Below are positions 29,732-38,505 of a DNA stretch of 64,000 nucleotides, one piece after another. The first letter of the stretch is position 1. The number at the start of each line of letters is the position of its first letter. This DNA comes from an uncultured archaeon (GTDB lineage: Archaea > Aenigmatarchaeota > Aenigmatarchaeia > GW2011-AR5), in NCBI GenBank assembly GCA_964373695.1, contig CAYJVT010000002.1:9448-73447 (forward strand), written 5' to 3'. Below the pieces are notes generated by a model. The model worked only from the letters and a program-made list of their open reading frames with translations, did no database searches and had not been told where the DNA came from. Both the position numbers and the translations under genes were made by a program.

Positions 29732-30229
29732 ATGATAAAGAAAATCAGAATACCGGATGAAAGGATACCGGTTCTCATAGGGAAGAATGGAAAAACTAAA
29801 GCCATGATACAGAGACTGACGCACACAAAAATCGACATTGGGGAAGAAGCGACAGTGGAAGGCGAGGCTGTGGATGTCATGACCGCAGAGAGCATCATAA
29901 AAGCCATCGGCAGAGGATTCTCACCGGAAGCTTCAGAAATCCTGTGCAGGGAAGACAGCACGCTGGAGATAATCCAGCTCCCGAAAGAGAGAAAAGAATT
30001 AAATAGGATAAAATCAAGATTAATAGGAACCAAAGGGAAGTGTAGGAGGAACATAGAAAACCTTACCAAAACCCGCATATCGGTCTTCGGAAAGACAGTT
30101 TCGGTCATAGGTCCGTACGATAACGTGAGGTTTGTGGTAGAGGCGCTTCAAAGACTTATAAAAGGCGACACACACAGTTCCGTTTACAGGTTTCTGGAAG
30201 AGAACCAGGAAAAAATGAATTTTGAGTAA
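29732..30229 (+). CDS. KH-domain pre-rRNA processing protein Dim2/Pno1
   Basis: RIPVLIGKNG, IKAIGRGFSPE and RLIGTKGK KH GxxG loops. Confidence 0.92.
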   Translation: MIKKIRIPDERIPVLIGKNGKTKAMIQRLTHTKIDIGEEATVEGEAVDVMTAESIIKAIGRGFSPEASEILCREDSTLEIIQLPKERKELNRIKSRLIGTKGKCRRNIENLTKTRISVFGKTVSVIGPYDNVRFVVEALQRLIKGDTHSSVYRFLEENQEKMNFE

Positions 30230-33200
30230 GCCGGTGATGATCATGTCAAAGAAAACCGCGGAAGACTTCGCGAAGCAACAGAAGGAAATAAGCATATCAG
30301 AATTCTTTGAAAAGAACAAGCATCTTCTTGGCTTTGACAATCCGACAAAAGCCCTTCTCATGGCTGTGAAAGAAGCTGTCGACAATTCTCTTGATGCATG
30401 TGAAGAGGCCGAGATACTTCCTGACATAACCGTGAAAATAAAAAACCTGAAAGAAGATGTATACAAAGTATCGGTTCAGGACAACGGTCCGGGAATAGTG
30501 AAAGAACAGGTTCCGAGGATATTCGGCAAATTGCTCTATGGCTCTAAATTTCACCGATTGCGCCAGTCCAGAGGTCAGCAAGGAATTGGGATATGCACAA
30601 CACCAGATACTTTAATACCTCTTGCAGACGGGCGCATAAAAAGGATAGAAGATATCGTAGAGTCGGAATTAGAAGAGGAAATATTTACACTCGCACCGGA
30701 CATGAAACTAGTGCCAAACAAAATGAAAAAATTCTGGAAATTACCTGCGCCGGAAAAAATGATAAAAATAAAAATGCTCGGGGGCGGGAGCCTGACACTA
30801 ACAAGAGAGAATCCTGTGCTAATAAAGACAGATTTCGGCTTAAACTGGAAACCCGCTGAGCTTGTAGCGCCAAGAGATTATATTGCTATGGCAAGAAATC
30901 TCTCTATAAATCATAATGAAAAAAAGATTCCACTTATCAGTTTGCTGGATGAAAATGTGCGTGTTGACAACTACGAATTTCTTAGTGAAGTGCTGAGTAT
31001 TTTGAAAAAAAGACATGGTACATGGTCTAAATTAGGAAATATATACGGCCTGCAAAAGGATCTTCTGAAGGGGTGGAAAAAGATGGGCATCAGAAGACGT
31101 CCAACACTAAAACAATATATTATGCTAGCTAAAGATGCAGGCTTCTCTGAAGATTATATAACAGAGAGCATAATACGGGTTGGCAGGCTTGGGACTTATA
31201 TAAAAATTTTTCGATATATGACCCCTGAACTAGCACGTCTCGCTGGCTTGGTGGCTGGCGATGGTAATATCCAGGCAAAGAGAAAAAACAGATGGGGTAC
31301 AAACATATCTTTCTGGAATAATGATACAAAACTTATAGAAGAGTTCTGCAGCATAGTTTACAATTTTTTTGGTATAAGACCGAATGTTTATGCCCATACA
31401 AAAGGCCGCGGGACAGGGGCACAATTCTCGTCCTCAATAGTTGCTGATATTTTAGAAAAACTCGGTGTCCCAAGAGGTAGAAAAAGCGAGAAATTTGAAA
31501 TCCCTGATTTGATACGACAAAACGGAGATCTGTCTGCTGCTTATCTTGGGGGGTTGTTTGATGCAGAAGGCTCTGTCAGCAGCGACAGAAAATGCATAAC
31601 TCTTATGCTGAGTAACAAAAATGTAATCAATGTCATACGTCTTATGCTTCTTAGATTTGGCATAGTAAGCAGGATTAATAAAGCAGGAAAACATACAAGA
31701 TTAATTATATCATCTGCGAAAAATGTAGAAAAATTCAAGAATATAATAGGCTTTACAATTAAGACAAATAAAGCAAAATTAGATTCATTAAAATTCTATA
31801 ATGACAGAAAATGCAATCTTGAAGTCATACCGCATGTTAAGTATGCTGTTAAAAATTCTGTAAAAGAGATCGGTACCAGTTATTATGCTTTAAGAAGCCC
31901 AAATGAAATTTCTTCTATAAGAAGAGGCAGTGCAGTAAGCCATGAAACTCTTAATTCTTTATGTGAAGTGCTTGTTGAAAATTCCGGGGAAAGACTACCG
32001 CTTCCAGTACAAGAACTTGTAGGAATGGCGAATGCTGATGTAACATGGGCAAAGGTAATAGAAACAAAAGAAATTGACTCTCCATGTGAATATGTTTATG
32101 ACATAACTATGGGCATAGGTAATAATTTCGTAGCAAATGGGTTTGTAATACATAATTCAGCCGTTGTCCTGTATTCGCAGCTTACCACAGGAAGCCCTAC
32201 ACGAGTTCTTTCAAAGACCGATGAAAAGAAAAAAACCCAGGCGTTTGAACTCATAATAGATACCAAAAAAAACGAGCCTGAGATAGTAAAACATGAGGAA
32301 AAAGAAGACGGCATACAAGGCACCGGCATAAGGGTTGAGATGGATGTAGTCGGCAGGTACAGGAAGTCACAGGGAGTGGATGACTATCTTAAGCAGACTT
32401 CGATATCGAACCCGTTTGCAAAAATCTCATACAATGCGCCAGACGGGACGAAGATGCTATTTTCGAGGACTGTCAACGAGCTTCCCGTCCCGCCGAAGGA
32501 AATAAAGATACATCCATACGGCGTCGAGTTCGGCATTCTGCAGAGATTCCTCAACCAGACGAATTCGCGCACTTTGCAGGCATTCCTCGTGAACGAATTT
32601 TCATCCGTTGGCCAGCAGACAGCGAAAGAAATGTGCAATATAGCAAAGCTTGACCCTAATATGAAACCCATTGACCTGTCAAGAGAGCATATCGAAAAGC
32701 TCCTTGGCGCGATGCAAAAAGCAAAGGTGCAGAGGCCGCCTCTCGACTGCCTTTCCCCCATAGGGGAGAAGGAGCTTGAAAAGAGCCTGAAAAAAGAATA
32801 TCCGGATGCTGAATTCATAACAACCCTAACCAGGTCGCCTGAAGTCTACAGAGGCAACCCTTTCCAGATAGAAGTCGGCATAGTCTACGGCGGGCCTGAT
32901 ATAAAATCTGACGGGCCGATAGAAGTTATAAGGCTCGCGAACAGGGTGCCGCTGCTGTATCAGGCCGGTGCATGCGCCACGATGGAAGCCATAAAGGAAG
33001 TCGACTGGAAGAGATACGGCCTCCAGCAGTCTGGCAATAATTTGCCGATAGGGCCGGTGATACTTGTCGTTCACATGTGCTCCGCGTGGGTACCGTTCAT
33101 ATCCGAGAGCAAGGAGGCGATAGCATCCTATCCCGACATAATAAAAGAGATGAAACTCGCTGTACAGGATGCCGGCAGGAATCTCTCAAGGTACCTCTCC

Positions 33201-33383
33201 GGGAAAAGGCGAGCTGGCGATGCCAAGAGGAGAATACAGATATTTGAAAGGTACAGCGCCGAAGTTGCATCTGCGGTGTCTCTGCTTACAAAAAAATCCG
33301 AGAAAGACATAGAGAAAAAACTAAAAAACATGATAGCCCAGAGGACGCATATAAAAGATGAGGAAGAGAAGCAAGAAATATAG
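30222..33383 (+). CDS. top6B: DNA topoisomerase VI subunit B, intein-containing
   Basis: KEAVDNSLDA, VQDNGPGI, SRGQQGIGI[intein]SAVVLYSQLT, RLANRVPLLYQ. Confidence 0.97.
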   Translation: MSKPVMIMSKKTAEDFAKQQKEISISEFFEKNKHLLGFDNPTKALLMAVKEAVDNSLDACEEAEILPDITVKIKNLKEDVYKVSVQDNGPGIVKEQVPRIFGKLLYGSKFHRLRQSRGQQGIGICTTPDTLIPLADGRIKRIEDIVESELEEEIFTLAPDMKLVPNKMKKFWKLPAPEKMIKIKMLGGGSLTLTRENPVLIKTDFGLNWKPAELVAPRDYIAMARNLSINHNEKKIPLISLLDENVRVDNYEFLSEVLSILKKRHGTWSKLGNIYGLQKDLLKGWKKMGIRRRPTLKQYIMLAKDAGFSEDYITESIIRVGRLGTYIKIFRYMTPELARLAGLVAGDGNIQAKRKNRWGTNISFWNNDTKLIEEFCSIVYNFFGIRPNVYAHTKGRGTGAQFSSSIVADILEKLGVPRGRKSEKFEIPDLIRQNGDLSAAYLGGLFDAEGSVSSDRKCITLMLSNKNVINVIRLMLLRFGIVSRINKAGKHTRLIISSAKNVEKFKNIIGFTIKTNKAKLDSLKFYNDRKCNLEVIPHVKYAVKNSVKEIGTSYYALRSPNEISSIRRGSAVSHETLNSLCEVLVENSGERLPLPVQELVGMANADVTWAKVIETKEIDSPCEYVYDITMGIGNNFVANGFVIHNSAVVLYSQLTTGSPTRVLSKTDEKKKTQAFELIIDTKKNEPEIVKHEEKEDGIQGTGIRVEMDVVGRYRKSQGVDDYLKQTSISNPFAKISYNAPDGTKMLFSRTVNELPVPPKEIKIHPYGVEFGILQRFLNQTNSRTLQAFLVNEFSSVGQQTAKEMCNIAKLDPNMKPIDLSREHIEKLLGAMQKAKVQRPPLDCLSPIGEKELEKSLKKEYPDAEFITTLTRSPEVYRGNPFQIEVGIVYGGPDIKSDGPIEVIRLANRVPLLYQAGACATMEAIKEVDWKRYGLQQSGNNLPIGPVILVVHMCSAWVPFISESKEAIASYPDIIKEMKLAVQDAGRNLSRYLSGKRRAGDAKRRIQIFERYSAEVASAVSLLTKKSEKDIEKKLKNMIAQRTHIKDEEEKQEI
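30594..32156 (+). mobile_element. 521-aa intein with LAGLIDADG homing endonuclease in Top6B
   Basis: Starts CTTPDT, ends FVANGFVIHN with +1 Ser; blocks LAGLVAGDG and LGGLFDAEG; AT-richer than exteins. Confidence 0.95.
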
Positions 33384-33393
33384 GTAGTATATA

Positions 33394-36078
33394 ATGCCGC
33401 AAAAAAACGTGGGCGCGGAGCTGAAGAAACTCGGCGAATCCGTGCTAAACCATATAGAGAAAGGCGAGAACCCGAACATAGACATACCGCTAAGAACATT
33501 GTCCAACGTGATATTCGACAAAAAATTAGGGCAGCTTACCCTCGGCGGCAAGAGCGCCAAAAGGTACTTCTTCAATGTTGCCCACTCAAAAAAGTTCATG
33601 CAGACCCTTATGGTGGCAGGATTCTGCAATTCCCTTCTCGAAGAAGGCATACATACCAGCATAAGAGACATGTACTACAACCTCAAGCGGACGCTTCCGC
33701 AGAGCGATGAGAATACTTTCGATGAGCAGAGCGAGAGTATTTGCCCTGATGAGCCCCTGCTTGTCAAAATGGACGGAGACCTCAGAATTTTGAGCGGAGA
33801 AGACCTCATGAGACATGCGGAAAAATCCGGGAAGGTAATATACGACAAAAACGGCAAGAAAAGAATCGTCGGGTTAGACCTCTATACCTATGCGTTTGAT
33901 GAAAACCAGAAAATAAGAGAACAGAAGGTATCAATGGTCATAAAGCATCCCTCAAATAAAATCAAGAAAATAAAAACCTCCTCCGGAAGGGAAGTAAAAG
34001 TAACAAAGTCTCACAGCTTATTTACTCTTAAAGACGGGAAAGTAACTGAAATAAAAACAAATGAACTCAAAGAGGGCGACATGATAGCCCTTCCGAGAAA
34101 AATTTCTATAAAAGAAAACAACAAGCCAATAAATGTCATCGATAGCCTTCTTAGAAATGCTCCAGATGATGTTGTAAAGCTGTTCTATGTGAAGTCAGAC
34201 AAAGACACAATAAATGAAGTAATAAAGAGGGTGGGAAAGGAGAGAATACGAATTTTTTCTTCGAATAATTATAAAAATATATGGAGCGATGTAAAAGCTA
34301 ACTGGAAGCATTGGAACACAGTCCCTATAGAGATTTTAAGGGACGTAGATTTGTCCGACATATTATCTAAATTAAAAATCGGCGGCAGGGGATCTAGGCA
34401 CTATTATAATGTACTGATAAACAAGGATTCCAGCTTGGGCTTTGTTCTTGGATTTCTCATTAGCGAGGGCTCTCATTCTATATTTGAGGGTAGGAATTCA
34501 AGATACGTATCCATAAGCAATAAATCAAAGATGCACCTGCAAAATTTCTGGGATGCATTCAAGCACTCGTTTGGAGAGACAACGGATGGTAATATCATAT
34601 TGGGCAAAGATGATGTGTATAAGCTAAACATAGGGTATGATACACTTAGCTATATCCTTGAGTATGTTATAGGCTATAAACCTGTGAGGGCGTGGGAAAA
34701 AGAGGTTCCACATGTTATTCTCGATGCACCTCAAGATTGCATAAAGGAATTTCTGAGAAGCTTTAGGCTTGGAGATGGAAGCGTATTCGAAGGCAAAATG
34801 CTTGTAAATGGCTTGGTTTTTCTGCTGCTAAGGCATGGAATATTCCCCAGAATATATCACTATAAAATATCTGAAAAAAATCCGAACCATAAAGATGCAT
34901 ATGAAATCAGAATTGGCCCGAGGGAATATGTCAAAAATATGGCTCAGATAACACATGATTTCATGGGTATAGACATAGAAAAAACAAGAGATTTCTCTTC
35001 AGACATGATACCAAACGTAGGGAGCCTTCTTCTAAAGACCAGAAAATCCTGTGACAGGCAAGGCATAGTTTACAGAGAAAGAAATATAGGATGGAATTAT
35101 ATCGAGAACAAAAACAGCGTAAGCAGACTTCTTTTAAATAAAATGTCAAAGATATTGGATTCTTACGGCGCTTCGCAGCATTATTTAGATGAACTAAATG
35201 AACATGTAGAAAGCGACATATATTGGGATAGTATAATATCAATAGAAGACGACGAAATGCCGCCTTACACGCTGGATCTGGCTGTTCCGCCACATGAAAA
35301 TTTCATAGGCGGGAACGGTCTTCTGATGCTTCACAATTCCGACCCGCTTATAGTCGATCTGGAAGTAGCACTGGACGTCTTAAGAGAGCAGCTGCACCTG
35401 ACAACCGACAGGAAGGGAATAGTCGCAGGCAATGTCGTGATAGAGGACAGAGGCGACAGCATAGACTGGTCAAAGCTCGGGAGCGGCGGATGGTCGATAC
35501 CGAGCACAGTTGACGAAATCAAACTCAAAAAGGTGGACGCAAAATTTGTTCTTGTTTGTGAAAAAAATGCCGGCTTCGAGCGCCTGCACGAGGACAAGTT
35601 CTGGCAGAAGCAGAAATGCATATTGGTCGGGACAGGAGGCCAGCCGTCAAGAGGCGCCAGACTTCTGATACAGAGATTGAATTCTGAATATGACCTGCCT
35701 GTTTATGTATTTTGCGATAACGACGCCTACGGCTTTTATATTTATTCAGTGATAAAATCCGGCTCGATAAGCCTTGCGCACGTTTCAGACAGAATATCGA
35801 CACCGGAAGCTAAATTCATTGGGCTGACAACATCTGACATCTATGATTATAACCTCAAGAAATGCACGATAAAACTCAAGGAAGTTGACATAAAGCGCGC
35901 CAAGGAGCTGCTGGAATATGAATGGTTCAAGAAGAACCCCAAGTGGCAGAAAGAAATAAACCTCATGCTTGAAAAAGGCGTGAAAGCCGAGATAGAGGCG
36001 CTCTCTCACAGGGGTCTTAAATTCATGTCAGAGGAATACCTGCCGGACAAAATCAAGAAAGGCGATTTTCTCGATTAA
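33394..36078 (+). CDS. top6A: DNA topoisomerase VI subunit A, intein-containing
   Basis: SIRDMYY (catalytic Tyr), DEQSE[intein]SDPLIVDLE, TOPRIM VCEK and GQPSR...DNDAYG. Confidence 0.97.
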   Translation: MPQKNVGAELKKLGESVLNHIEKGENPNIDIPLRTLSNVIFDKKLGQLTLGGKSAKRYFFNVAHSKKFMQTLMVAGFCNSLLEEGIHTSIRDMYYNLKRTLPQSDENTFDEQSESICPDEPLLVKMDGDLRILSGEDLMRHAEKSGKVIYDKNGKKRIVGLDLYTYAFDENQKIREQKVSMVIKHPSNKIKKIKTSSGREVKVTKSHSLFTLKDGKVTEIKTNELKEGDMIALPRKISIKENNKPINVIDSLLRNAPDDVVKLFYVKSDKDTINEVIKRVGKERIRIFSSNNYKNIWSDVKANWKHWNTVPIEILRDVDLSDILSKLKIGGRGSRHYYNVLINKDSSLGFVLGFLISEGSHSIFEGRNSRYVSISNKSKMHLQNFWDAFKHSFGETTDGNIILGKDDVYKLNIGYDTLSYILEYVIGYKPVRAWEKEVPHVILDAPQDCIKEFLRSFRLGDGSVFEGKMLVNGLVFLLLRHGIFPRIYHYKISEKNPNHKDAYEIRIGPREYVKNMAQITHDFMGIDIEKTRDFSSDMIPNVGSLLLKTRKSCDRQGIVYRERNIGWNYIENKNSVSRLLLNKMSKILDSYGASQHYLDELNEHVESDIYWDSIISIEDDEMPPYTLDLAVPPHENFIGGNGLLMLHNSDPLIVDLEVALDVLREQLHLTTDRKGIVAGNVVIEDRGDSIDWSKLGSGGWSIPSTVDEIKLKKVDAKFVLVCEKNAGFERLHEDKFWQKQKCILVGTGGQPSRGARLLIQRLNSEYDLPVYVFCDNDAYGFYIYSVIKSGSISLAHVSDRISTPEAKFIGLTTSDIYDYNLKKCTIKLKEVDIKRAKELLEYEWFKKNPKWQKEINLMLEKGVKAEIEALSHRGLKFMSEEYLPDKIKKGDFLD
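33736..35337 (+). mobile_element. 534-aa intein (Ser1) with probably degenerate LAGLIDADG endonuclease in Top6A
   Basis: Starts SICPDEPLL, ends ENFIGGNGLLMLHN with +1 Ser; blocks VLGFLISEG and FLRSFRLGDG. Confidence 0.93.
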
Positions 36079-36098
36079 TTTTATTCTTTTTAAATGTC

Positions 36099-36173
36099 TA
36101 AAATTCCACCATCTATCGTATAAATATGGTGGAATTTTAACATGCAAATCCACTGTTTTCAAACAGTGGATTT
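36099..36173. repeat. Two adjacent inverted repeats between top6A and tRNA-Asn
   Basis: TAAAATTCCACCAT/ATGGTGGAATTTTA and AAATCCACTGTTT/AAACAGTGGATTT. Confidence 0.7.
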
Positions 36174-36204
36174 TTAAACATTCCATAAAATGTTATTCTA
36201 CACT

Positions 36205-36361
36205 GCCTCGGTAGCTCAGTACAAATCCCTTCTTTGTAAAGAAGGTCTTGGTGAACCCCAAGAAACTATTATACAATGGATAGGGAGAAAGGTAAGCAGT
36301 CTCTACAAAGAGCATTTGGCTGTTAACCAAAGGGTCGACGGTTCGAGTCCGTCCCGAGGCG
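36205..36361 (+). tRNA. tRNA-Asn(GUU) with ~84-nt D-loop insertion (one or more introns)
   Basis: GCCTCGG/CCGAGGC acceptor; TTTGG-CT GTT AA-CCAAA anticodon arm; TTCGAGT T-loop. Confidence 0.88.
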
Positions 36362-36451
36362 CTTTTTAATTAATGAAAATAAGGGGAAAAGAGGTGAATA
36401 AAAGATTCAAAAACCGTTTTAATAAAAGAAATGAGTTTTCGTGTCTGGGTT

Positions 36452-36583
36452 GGGAAGGTAATCTTAATTGCTAATTAATTAAGACCTTAAGTTCAGCCTG
36501 GGAGAACACACAGAATATGTAAAGTATTCTGGTTCAAACGGCTGAAGACCGTGACGTCGAGGGTTCAAATCCCTCCCTTCCCA
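36452..36583 (+). tRNA. tRNA-Phe(GAA) with introns at 9/10 (30 nt) and 27/28 (28 nt)
   Basis: GGGAAGG/CCTTCCC acceptor; both introns (36461-36490, 36510-36537) form canonical BHB motifs. Confidence 0.9.
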
Positions 36584-36713
36584 TACAAGTCAAGCTTTTA
36601 AGCATCACGCCAATATTCAACACAGAAGAGGGTATAGAGGAACAGGGAACTGTTTCTCGTCCTGCTTCTTAAAAGACCCAAGAGCCCTTCTCTTGGACTG
36701 AAGAGGTGTTTTC

Positions 36714-37298
36714 ATGTCAAAAGAAGATAAAGAAGAGGCCGCTAGCGAGCTGCCGCCGGAGAAGGTAAAGAACATACCCACGACCTTGGAAGAGAGCAAG
36801 GTCATATCCACCAAGGACTGGCAACAGGTATACGAGCCCGGATACTACGGAAAGCAGATAGGCGAGCGTCTTGAGCTTGCTCTGGTGGAAGCCGTGCTCC
36901 TGCTTAAAAGAGGCAGGATAGAGGTGTTCAGGGAAGGCAAGAGCATGAGCTTCAAGGAACTCTATGAACATGCCGCATCTCTTGACAAGAGGTTTGTTGA
37001 AAGATACCGCGTATATGAAGACCTGAGGGAAAGGGGGCTCTTGGTCAGGACAGGCTTCAAGTTTGGCTGCGATTTCCGCGTGTACGAAAGGGGAGTGCAG
37101 CTGAAGAAAGGCCCGAAAAGCGCCAAGGAGCACACCAAATGGATAGTATTCTGCGTGCCGGAGGATTTCACGATGTCTTTCCAAGAGCTTTCCAGGTCTG
37201 TAAGACTTGCCCATAATATAAGAGCAAGAATGCTCTGGGCAATTGTCGACAATGAAGGGGACTGCACATATTACATCATCCAGAGAATGAAGCCCTAG
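36714..37298 (+). CDS. endA: tRNA-splicing endonuclease alpha-type subunit
   Basis: LELALVEA, YRVYEDLRERG, GFKFGCDFRVY...EH, VRLAH motifs. Confidence 0.93.
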   Translation: MSKEDKEEAASELPPEKVKNIPTTLEESKVISTKDWQQVYEPGYYGKQIGERLELALVEAVLLLKRGRIEVFREGKSMSFKELYEHAASLDKRFVERYRVYEDLRERGLLVRTGFKFGCDFRVYERGVQLKKGPKSAKEHTKWIVFCVPEDFTMSFQELSRSVRLAHNIRARMLWAIVDNEGDCTYYIIQRMKP

Positions 37299-37389
37299 AC
37301 CAAACGTATGGCCTGTTCTTCCCAATAAATCTACTGGATAATTTTCCTTTTTTAATTCTTGAAATACATATGATAGGAAGGCATTCCGA

Positions 37390-38505
37390 ATGAAAGTAAG
37401 AGATATAATGGTAAAAGATGTAGTTTTTGCGGACTCTGAAGACTTCGTCAGCAGCGCACTGGCCAAGATGAAGTCCAAAAAGATAAGCCAGATAGTCGTC
37501 AACACGAAGGGTATGTTCGCCGGCATCATAGAGCTGAAGAACATCGTGACGAAGGATATAGACATATCAAAAACTAAGGTCGGGACCTTGATGAAGAAGT
37601 CGGGCTTCGTCAAGCCCGATGACGATGTTCTGGATGCGGCGAAGTCTATCATTTCTAACGGCACAAGAGCCCTTCCGGTCATGGAAGGCGGAAGAGTTTC
37701 CGGCATAATCTCGGAGACAGACATAGTCGGCGTCGCTGATAAGTTCATGAATACAGAATCAGCGATAACCGGCATAGTTTCCAAATCGGTTTATGCGCGG
37801 AAGGACGACAACATTGGCAGAATAAGGCACCTGATGCTGAATGAAAACGTGTCTAGAGTGCCTATAGTCGAAGGCGGGAGGGTTGTCGGCGTTGTAGGAA
37901 CCCTCGACCTTGTGAAGGCCGTCGAAGCTAAGAGGGGCTTCGAGGCCAGATCGAAGACGCGGGATACTGGATTCAAGGAAAAGACACGGATAGAGGAGAT
38001 AAAGGCGGCAACCATAATGTCGGAAGCCATGACCGTCAGAGGAGACGAGAAGATAAAAAACGTCATAAAGCTCCTTCAAAGAAACGAGCAGGTGATAATG
38101 GAGAACGGCAAAACGTGCATAATCACCCCGAAAGACATCATAGAACTTTTCCTTTCCGCGCCGACAAAGCGCGTTTACGTTCAGGTGACCGGGATGCAGG
38201 AAGAAGGTATGGAATTCCAGTCAGAGATGGACTCCATAACCACGAAATTCGTGCAGAAAGTCGGAAAAAGTTTCCGCGACATCCAGGGCTTGATCGTTCA
38301 TGTCGAGACCTACCATAAACAGGGGCCAAAATCCAAATACTCCATACGAGCTAGATTAATAACCGAGAATGGTATATTCATTTCTCATTCTCTCGGATGG
38401 AATCCGATAGATGCAATACAAGAAGCGTTCAAAAAGCTTGAGAATGAGATAAGACACTATATGGGAAAGAAAACCAGAAACTTCAAGAGCAAGACATCGC
38501 TATAA
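37390..38505 (+). CDS. Four-CBS-domain protein with C-terminal HPF/RaiA-like domain (putative ribosome hibernation factor)
   Basis: Two CBS pairs (SQIVV, RALPV, SRVPIV...VVGVV); C-terminal IVHVETYHKQG...YSIRARL...DAIQEAFKKLENEI. Confidence 0.8.
   Translation: MKVRDIMVKDVVFADSEDFVSSALAKMKSKKISQIVVNTKGMFAGIIELKNIVTKDIDISKTKVGTLMKKSGFVKPDDDVLDAAKSIISNGTRALPVMEGGRVSGIISETDIVGVADKFMNTESAITGIVSKSVYARKDDNIGRIRHLMLNENVSRVPIVEGGRVVGVVGTLDLVKAVEAKRGFEARSKTRDTGFKEKTRIEEIKAATIMSEAMTVRGDEKIKNVIKLLQRNEQVIMENGKTCIITPKDIIELFLSAPTKRVYVQVTGMQEEGMEFQSEMDSITTKFVQKVGKSFRDIQGLIVHVETYHKQGPKSKYSIRARLITENGIFISHSLGWNPIDAIQEAFKKLENEIRHYMGKKTRNFKSKTSL

Noticed and set aside
36717-37784. 355-aa minus-strand ORF
   Set aside because: Antisense to endA and the CBS gene
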